NCBI GenBank assembly: GCA_964016885.1
Contig: OZ024744.1
Span: 43,090,001 to 43,154,000 of the forward strand
DNA: 64,000 nucleotides
Reading direction: 5' to 3'
Source of the DNA: Eledone cirrhosa
Taxonomy: Eukaryota
The translations under genes were made by a program, and so were the position numbers. The notes under the pieces are model-generated. The model had not been told where the DNA came from and did not search any database. It saw only the letters and a list, made by a program, of their open reading frames with translations. Shown here piece by piece: positions 56,109 through 64,000 of this stretch (position 1 is the stretch's first letter; each line of letters opens with the position of its first letter).

Positions 56109-56729
56109 AAATAATAACCAGCTTTCGATAAATAGGCTGTCATGGAATGAGGACAGAGAGAGAATTTTCTGTCAAAAAAGAGACGACACTTTCCCTGGTC
56201 ACTTGGCGTTCAACTTCTATGGTGATAGTAATGGCGGACGATAGCCTGGTATTCATTTTTAATGTTTACATACAACTTTGTACTTTTATGATTAGTAGTA
56301 ATCATATTCCTTTTTCCTTCTCTGAAGTAAAGTAGATTTTATATCTATCTCAATTAACTATTCTGTCCTGTTTATTTTCAACAACAACTAACTTCGTTTC
56401 ACTTCAGGTGTCTGGGTGTTCTGTTTTAATATTGAAATGTGTCTCAGTCTAGTTAATGAGATGGTTCACTTGCTAGAAATAGCAGCCGAATCCACTGCTT
56501 TTTCGGGTGGGGGACATACTTTATGTTCAGTGTTATTTTTTGTTTGTTTTTTTCCTAAACAATAACTAACTTTATTATTTAAAAAATTATTCAGTATATA
56601 TATATGTGTGTATCTGACTGATAAAATGATAAGTGAGTTAATCATATCGGTGGCCTCCCCACAGCCCCGGTGGACAGAATGGAGAAGGCGTTTTCCCGGA
56701 CGACGGCAAGGGAGACGCGCTGGAAAAGC

Positions 56730-58925
56730 GTGGTGTGGTATATTGTAGTGTAGTCTCGTTTATTGAAGTGTAGTGTGGTGTGGTATATTGTAGTGTGGTG
56801 TGGTATATTGTAGTGTGGTGTGGTATATTGTAGTGTGGTGTGGTACATTGTAGTGTGGTGTGGTACATTGTAGTGTGGTGTGGTATATTGTAGTGTGGTG
56901 TGGTATATTGTAGTGTGGTGTGGTATATTGTAGTGGAATGTGGTATATTGTAGTGTGGTGTGGTATATTGTAGTGTAGTAAGGTATATTGTAGTGTTGTG
57001 TGGTACATTGTAGTGTGGTGTGGTATTTTGTAGTGTGGTGTGGTATTTTGAGGTGTGGTGTGGTATATTGTAGTGTAGTAAGGTATAATGTTGTATGGTG
57101 TGGTATATTGTAGTGTGGTGTGGTATATTGTAGTGTGGTGTGGTATATTGTAGTGTTGTGTGGTACATTGTAGTGTGGTGTGGTATATTGTAGTGTGGTG
57201 TGGTATTTTGTAGTGTGGTGTGGTATATTGTAGTGTGGTGTGGTATATTGTAGTACGGTGTGGTATTTTGTAGTGTGGTGTGGTATATTGTAGTGTGGTG
57301 TGGTATATTGTAGTGTGGTGTGGTATATTGTAGTACGGTGTGGTATTTTGTAGTGTGGTGTGGTATTTTGTAGTGTGGTGTGGTATATTGTAGTGTGGTG
57401 TGGTATTTTGTAGTGTGGTGTGGTATACTGTAGTGTGGTGTGGTATATTGTAGTGTGGTGTGGTACATTGTAGTGTTGTGTGGTACATTGTAGTGTGGTG
57501 TGGTATTTTGTAGTGTGGTGTGGTATTTTGTAGTGTGGTGTGGTATATTGTAGTGTGGTGTGGTATATTGTAGTGTGGTGTGGTATATTGTAGTACGGTG
57601 TGGTATTTTGTAGTGTGGTGTGGTATTTTGTAGTGTGGTGTGGTATATTGTAGTGTGGTGTGGTATTTTGTAGTGTGGTGTGGTATTTTGTAGTGTGGTG
57701 TGGTATATTGTAGTGTGGTGTGGTATATTGTAGTGTAGTGTGGTATTTTGTAGTGTGGTGTGGTATATTGTAGTGTGGTGTGGTATATTGTAGTGTGGTG
57801 TGGTATATTGTAGTGTGGTGTGGTATATTGTAGTGTTGTGTGGTACATTGTAGTGTGGTGTGGTATATTGTAGTGTGGTGTGGTATATTGTAGTGTAGTC
57901 TCGTTTATTGAAGTGTAGTGTGGTGTGGTACATTGTAGTGTATATTGTAGTGTGGTGTGGTATATTGTAGTACGGTGTGGTATTTTGTAGTGTGGTGTGG
58001 TATAATGTTGTGTGGTGTGGTATATTGTAGTGTAGTAATGTATAATGTTGTGTGGTGTGGTATATTGTAGTACGGTGTGGTATTTTGTAATGTGGTGTAG
58101 TATATTGTAATGTGGTGTGGTATATTGTAGTGTGGTGTGGTATATTGTAGTGTAGTAAGGTATAATGTGGTGTGGTATATTGTAGTACGGTGTGGTATAT
58201 TGTAGTGTAGTGTTGTATAGTGTTGAGTGGTTACGTATACTGTAGTGTGTTGTGGTATGCTGTAGTGTATGCGGTATATTGTGGTGTGGTATATTGTATT
58301 GTAGTGTGATGTGGTATTTTGTAGTGTGGAGTGGTGCAGTGTGGTGTGTTATATTGTATGAGGTGTGGTATAGTGTAGTGTCATGTGATATCCTTAGTGT
58401 TGGGTGGTACATTGTAGCGTGGTGTGGTATACTGTAGTATGGTGTGGTGTATTGTAGTGTAGTGTGGTATAATGTAGCGTGGTGTGGTATGCTGTAGTAT
58501 GGTGTGGTGTGGATTGGTGGCGTGTGATGTGGTGTGGTATATTGTAGTTTGGGGTTGTACCTAGTAATTGTTTCTACTTTTGGCACAAGGTCAGCAATTA
58601 ACCCAGTGTATTGCTGGTACTTTATTTTATCGACCCCGTAAGGATGAAAGGCAAAGTTAACCTTGGCGGGATTTGAACTCAGACTATAAAGGGCCGTAAC
58701 TCTTTGCTGCAAGATATGGCGTCAGACCCTCTAACGATACTGCCAATCCAATGTGATGTGGTATAGGGTAGTGTGGCGTGGGGGTGTGGTAGTGTGGTGT
58801 AGTGTTGATATTGCAGTGTCGTGTGGTATACTGTAGTGTGGTGTGGTGTTGATATTGCAGTGTAGTGTGGTATATTATAGTGTGGTATATTATGGTGTGG
58901 TATATTGTAGTGTGGTGTGGCATAC
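56730..58925. repeat. 20-bp minisatellite (TGGTATATTGTAGTGTGGTG)n, degenerating rightwards
   Basis: Highly regular over 56770-57900; source of the spurious 431-aa and 650-aa ORFs. Confidence 0.95.
58565..58750 (-). mobile_element. SINE inserted in the minisatellite
   Basis: Reverse complement of the SINE consensus. Confidence 0.88.
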
Positions 58926-58928
58926 AGT

Positions 58929-59414
58929 TGTAGTGACCCCTTGGGGCGAGAAGGAGAGTTAATGAGAGTTACGTCCCAGGGAGACTATAAATTGAGAACA
59001 TGAAAGTACCTCCTCTCTTACAAAGCTAGCCTTCCAGGAGTTAAGATGTAATTTTGCCTTCTCCCAGTTTTCATTTTTACCACACCAAGTGGAGTGAACA
59101 TATTAAGAGCAACTCCCTCTCAGGCGACTTCAACTTCGGAACAGAAAACCAATAACACCATGTGGAGACTAACTTGTTCTCTCACCTCGTCGCCAATTCA
59201 ACAACTAATGATACCAATTATACATATTATATTATTTCAAAAGGTATGACTTATTTCCAAGTTGTAACAAACACTCATAACAATAAAGATGAGACAATTA
59301 TAGACACTCGTGTGAGATATTTCAGCATGTCTCATTTAATTACTTTATTCCTAAATTTATGACCAAATAACGTAAACACTAAATAAAAATCGACGAACTT
59401 TTATGCTCGTTAAA
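58929..59414 (+). repeat. 5' LTR
   Basis: Matches 63485-63897 over its first ~380 bp; has AATAAA; ends just before the PBS. Confidence 0.88.
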
Positions 59415-59415
59415 G

Positions 59416-59431
59416 TGGTGACCCAGACGTG
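59416..59431 (+). promoter_or_regulatory. Primer-binding site complementary to the tRNA-Trp 3' end
   Basis: TGGTGACCCAGACGTG versus expected TGGTGACCCCGACGTG (one mismatch). Confidence 0.8.
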
Positions 59432-59710
59432 GGTATATGGAAAATATACCATTTAAAAAAAAACAAGTGTTGACGATTTTTTTTTCTTTGGTGAAATTTT
59501 TGAAGTTGTCAAGATGGCGGCTTTCTTCTTCGACAGTTGTTTTTTTGGCCCGAAACCGTGCGCCATGTTGGTTTTTGCTTTAAGTTCTCTGTAGATGTAT
59601 AGATAATGCCATTGTTTGCTTAGTCGCTCACTTATACAATATTTCGGATATTGAAGAAAAGAAAAAAAAAACAATCAAACAAAAACAAGTAGGTTTATTT
59701 TCTCTTTCCC

Positions 59711-62700
59711 TTGGGTTCGAAGTATTTTTCTTTACGGAGACGCATGTTGCCGCTTACTGAGATTGCACCAATGGGAGTTCAATCTATTCTCCCTACTTAT
59801 ACGGGTGACGTGAAATTATGGTTCGCTGAAATGGAAGCATTTTTCGAGGCTAACAACATCGCTGAGGCACAGCAACGTCCCCTCGTCCTTAGTGCCATTC
59901 CTCCGGCACTTCTCCCAATTATTAAGGATCTCGTATTGGAGACACTGACTGACACTACTTATAAGTCGTTGAAGGCGGAAATACTCAGCCGGACTGCACA
60001 GTCCGCCGAGGAACGCTTTAGAGCTCTGGTCCATTTAGAGCATATCGGGGATGGCACTCCATCGGACCTCTTACGTCCGATGAAAGACCTAACAGAGGGG
60101 TCGGTAGCGGAAACCGCAATGTTTCTCTCGCGGCTACCGACCAACGTTCAAGCAATTTTTGCCCCCATTAGGGATACATGTTCTGTGGACCAACTGGCCG
60201 TAAAGCACCCAAACCGCCACTTCTTCATCAAGGACCTCCTGTCTGGAAGAGCCTTCCTCGTGGATACAGGAGCCTCCTGTCGTATTTGGCCGGTCCATGG
60301 CCTAAAGGATAGCCCCGCGGAGTCATCCGTTACTCTGCAGGCCGTTAACTACTCGCCTATAAAGACGTACAGACAAATCTCGCTTCCCCTCAAATTCCAA
60401 AATCTTCGTAAGGATTTTAAATGGATTTTTACGGTCGCTGACTTGCCATACCAAATCTTTGGAGCAGATTTCCACCACAATTTCTCTTTGACTGTGGATG
60501 TCCGAGGCCAACGTCTAGTTGATGACATCACCGGTTTCTCAATTCGTGGCCGAAGAGGCGGTGTTTCAACGGTTAACCCAACCTACTTCATCGCTGCCGC
60601 TGGAAACGCCTACCATTCGTTGTTAGAATCGTTCCCGGAGCTCATCGATGGAAATGTTCGAGTTACCGAGCCAACTCACTCAACCGAACATTTTATTTCC
60701 ACAACCAGTGCTCCAGTATTTTCACGTCCACGTCGTTTACCGGCGGACAAGTTAAAGGCAGCACGGTCCGAGTTCGACCATATGCCGCAGCTGGGCATTA
60801 TTCACCCATCTACGAGTCCTTGGGCTTCCCCGTTACATATTGTGCCCAAGACTTCTGGCGAATGGAGACCCATTGGGGATTATAGGAGATCAAACGCGAT
60901 GACAGTCCCGGATAGATATCCTATTGCCCACCTCCATGATTTTGCAGGGTTGTAAGATTTTCTCCAAACTCGATTTAGTGCGAGCTTACCACCAAATACC
61001 AGTCAGGAAGTAAGACATCCCGAAAACATCCCGAAAACATCTATTACGACTCCTTTCAGATCCTTCGAGTTTTTAAACATGCCTTTCGGACTCAGCAGGA
61101 ATGCCGCTAGCACTTTTCAGCGGTTCATAGACGAGGTCACTCGTGGGTTGGAGTTCGTTTATGCATATATAGATGATCTTCTCGTCGTTAGTTCCTCTCC
61201 AGAAGATCATATGCGTCACATGAACCTTTTATTTTGCTGACTCCAGAATTACCGCGTTCGAGTGAATCCCGCAAACTGTTTTCGGATCCGCTTCACTGAA
61301 TTTTTTAGGTGACATCATCGACGCCGAGGGTATTCGACCCCTTACACAGCGAGTTAAGGCTATACAGGATTTACCTCTGCCTACCTCACTTCGCCAGTTG
61401 CGACACTTCCTAAGCCTAGTCATTTTTTATAGACGTTTCGTTCTTCAATATGCAAAATTACTGTTTTCCCTTACCGAGATTTTGAAAGATCGTCGTAAGA
61501 AGAATGATGTTTTCTTGACACAAGCACAACTCGAAGATTTCCAGACTGCCAAGACAACACTTGCTAATTCATCTTTGCTAGCCCACCCAGTACCCGATGC
61601 CAAGCTTTCGCTTTGTGTCGATGCATCTGATACCGCTGTGGGAGCAGTTTTACAACAGTATAACGCTGAACACAAACAACTTTTGGCATTTTTCTCCAGG
61701 AAGCTGAAACCGGCAGAAACCCGTTACAACACGTTTGGTCGGGAGTTATTAGCCATATATCTGTCTCATATTGTTGAGGGAAGAAATTTTACGGTTTTCA
61801 CTGATCACAAACCTCTGAGCTTCACTTTGAGGGCTAAAGCCGACAGATATTCGCCCAGAGAGACAAGGGACCTCTATTACATTTCGCAGTTTACCAATGA
61901 TATCCAGCACATTTCAGACTCACTAAATATAGCTGCAGACGCCTTGTCACGCTTGCCAATCAGCTCGATTTCGTCATCCCAGGAGATAGATTTAAGTCGT
62001 TTGGCAGCAGACCAACCTGCACTCGAATCGTTGGATACTTCATCAGCCGAATTTGCGACTTGCAACCTGAAATATCTGCCCTTGTCGACTACCGACAGGC
62101 AGATTCTCTGCGATGTATCTACGGATTCACCACGACCTTATGTTCCCGAGACTCACCGTCGAATTGTGTTCCTTGCTTTGCACAGCATTTCTTACCCAGG
62201 ATCTTCAGCCACAGTAAAGCTCATAACGGCGAGATTTTTCTGGCCAAATATGAGGCGCGAAATTATTGCTTGGTGCCGTTCCTGCATACAGTGTCAAAAA
62301 TCTAAAGTCCACAGACACATCCGGACTCCACTTGGTACTTTCAGTACTCCGGATGCTCGTTTTCGACACATCCATATCGATATCGTTGGACCTTGGCCAG
62401 TCAGTAGTGGATATTCTTACCTTTTGACCTGCATTGATCGTTTTTCGCGATGGCCTGAAGCCATCTTCTTAAAGGACATTACCGCCGATACAATAGCGCG
62501 TGCCCACACTTGGATTTCCCGCTATGGCGTGCCAACCACAATTACTACAGACCGTGGTAGGCAATTCGAATTACATCTTTTCTCGGAGTTAACAAAAATT
62601 ATTGGCACTCAACGCATTCGGACCACATCTTATCCTGCTTCAAACGGAATTGTGGAACGTTTTCACCGCCAATTAAAGGCCGTTCTTCGTGCCTATCCAG

Positions 62701-63260
62701 ACTCTCTACGTTGGAGCGAGTACCTTCCTATTGTGTTGTTAGGAATTCGATCTTCAATAAAGGAGGACCTTGGGTTCTCCCCGGCTGAATTATTGTATGG
62801 TGCCCCTCTAGCGTTGCCTGGGCAAATGCTTGCACCTGTCGATCTTGCTAATCAAGTTCCTCTTTCCTACGTATCTCGTTTGCGCTCATATTTTCAGGAC
62901 TTACCGCCTATGGATACCAGGAAACAAACTATTAAAATTGCAGTCCCGAGGGATATTGCCTCGTGGACACATGTCTTTGTTAGAGACCACGCTGTTAGAC
63001 CACCTCTCACAGAACCGTACTCTGGACCCTACCATGTGTTAGCACGTGCTGACAAACATTTTACGGTAGACATTAAGGGATCCAGAGAGACAATTTGGGT
63101 TGACAGACTGAAAAGGGCATTCACAGACGCTCATACACCTAAGCCACTAATACTCCCATCTTTCTCTATTGTACATACACCTGCTCCTTCTGTCCCACCT
63201 TCACCTACATACCAGACCACGACCCGTTCTGGTCGAAGAGTCCACTGGCCCAAAAGACTT
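59711..63260 (+). pseudogene. pol: Gypsy gag-pol polyprotein, disrupted
   Basis: LWFAEME (gag), FLVDTGAS (protease), [20 protein letters not shown] (RT), DASD..GAVL, RELLAIY, TDHKPL (RNase H), C..CQ, HIDIVGP, TDRG, NGIVERFH (integrase). Stop at 60955 and frameshifts; the gag zinc-knuckle region appears deleted. Confidence 0.95.
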
Positions 63261-63484
63261 TGTCAAACATCTGAACTGGCCACTATGGAGCCTTTTTTGT
63301 ATTGTGTATTACATGCTTTTCTTTACCTTGTTCCTAAACAGTTGAAAGTCTTCTTTAACTATAGAGTGTCTTTTTTGTGTATTGTATATGCATATACCTT
63401 TTTCATACCTTTGCCTTGATCCCATTCTTGCGGGTTCGCTACAATTACCTTCGGGTTGTTCGCCTATCGTCTGGAGGAAGGTAT

Positions 63485-63897
63485 TGTAGTGACCCCTTGG
63501 GGCGAGAAGGAGAGTTAATGAGAGTTACGTCCCATGAAGACTATAAATTGAGAACATGAAAGTACCTCCTCTCTTACAAAGCTAGCCGTCCAGGAGTTAA
63601 GATGTAATTTTGCCTTCTCCCACTTTTCATTTTTACCACACCATGTGGAGTGAACATATTAAGAGCAACTCTCTCTCAGGCGACTTCAACTTCGGAACAG
63701 AAAACCAATAACACCATGTGGAGACTAACTTATTCTCTCACCTCGTCGCCAATTCTACAACTAATAATTGTTTCTACTTTTGGCACATTCTACAACAAAT
63801 AATACCAATTATACATATTATATTATTTCAAAAGGTATGTCTTTTTTCCAAGTTGTAACACGCACTCATAGCAATAAAGATGAGACACTTATAGACA
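63485..63897 (+). repeat. 3' LTR, truncated, with a tiny SINE-tail insertion
   Basis: Preceded by purine tract GGAGGAAGG; similarity to the 5' LTR stops at ~63897. Confidence 0.88.
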
Positions 63898-64000
63898 CAA
63901 TAAATATCAGACACATTTATTTTTAATCATAAGAAGTATGTGTTGTTCGATGTAAAAACGGTAAAATGTTATGGCATATGAAAGGTAAATGAGTGTAAAA

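Larger units (their letters stand above)
58929..63897 (+). mobile_element. Ty3/Gypsy LTR retrotransposon with both LTRs (3' LTR truncated)
   Basis: LTRs start TGTAGTGACCCC at 58929 and 63485; PBS at 59416; PPT before 63485; gag-pro-RT-RH-INT domain order. Confidence 0.96.

Noticed and set aside
56638-58712. 431-aa and 650-aa H/T/Y/P-rich ORFs
   Set aside because: They are translations of a stop-free 20-bp minisatellite, open in several frames.

Overview
This is eukaryotic, AT-rich DNA dense in microsatellites and almost entirely transposon-derived. I found no host protein-coding gene. The SINE family and composition suggest a mollusc, probably a cephalopod (inference). (i) 1-27.3 kb is a nest of Penelope-like retroelements (RT + CxCx5C + GIY-YIG, Naiad-type) inserted in (TA)n tracts. 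Their pseudo-LTRs carry at least 10 complete-looking type I hammerhead ribozymes of several families, plus a series of 'half' hammerheads. Several insertions are fold-back palindromes; the largest is 5.7 kb with an outward-facing hammerhead at each end. (ii) 27.3-40.9 kb is a head-to-tail Helitron concatemer on the minus strand, with an exact CTAG|TC junction, promoter-derived tandem arrays and an inserted foldback TIR element with a 6-bp TSD. (iii) 41-64 kb holds degraded CRE and HERO non-LTR elements, tRNA-derived SINEs, MITE ends, minisatellites and two Gypsy LTR retrotransposons, one with both LTRs, a tRNA-Trp PBS and a PPT. Most ORFs in the supplied track are microsatellite artefacts. All structures were read by eye; boundaries of degraded elements are approximate.
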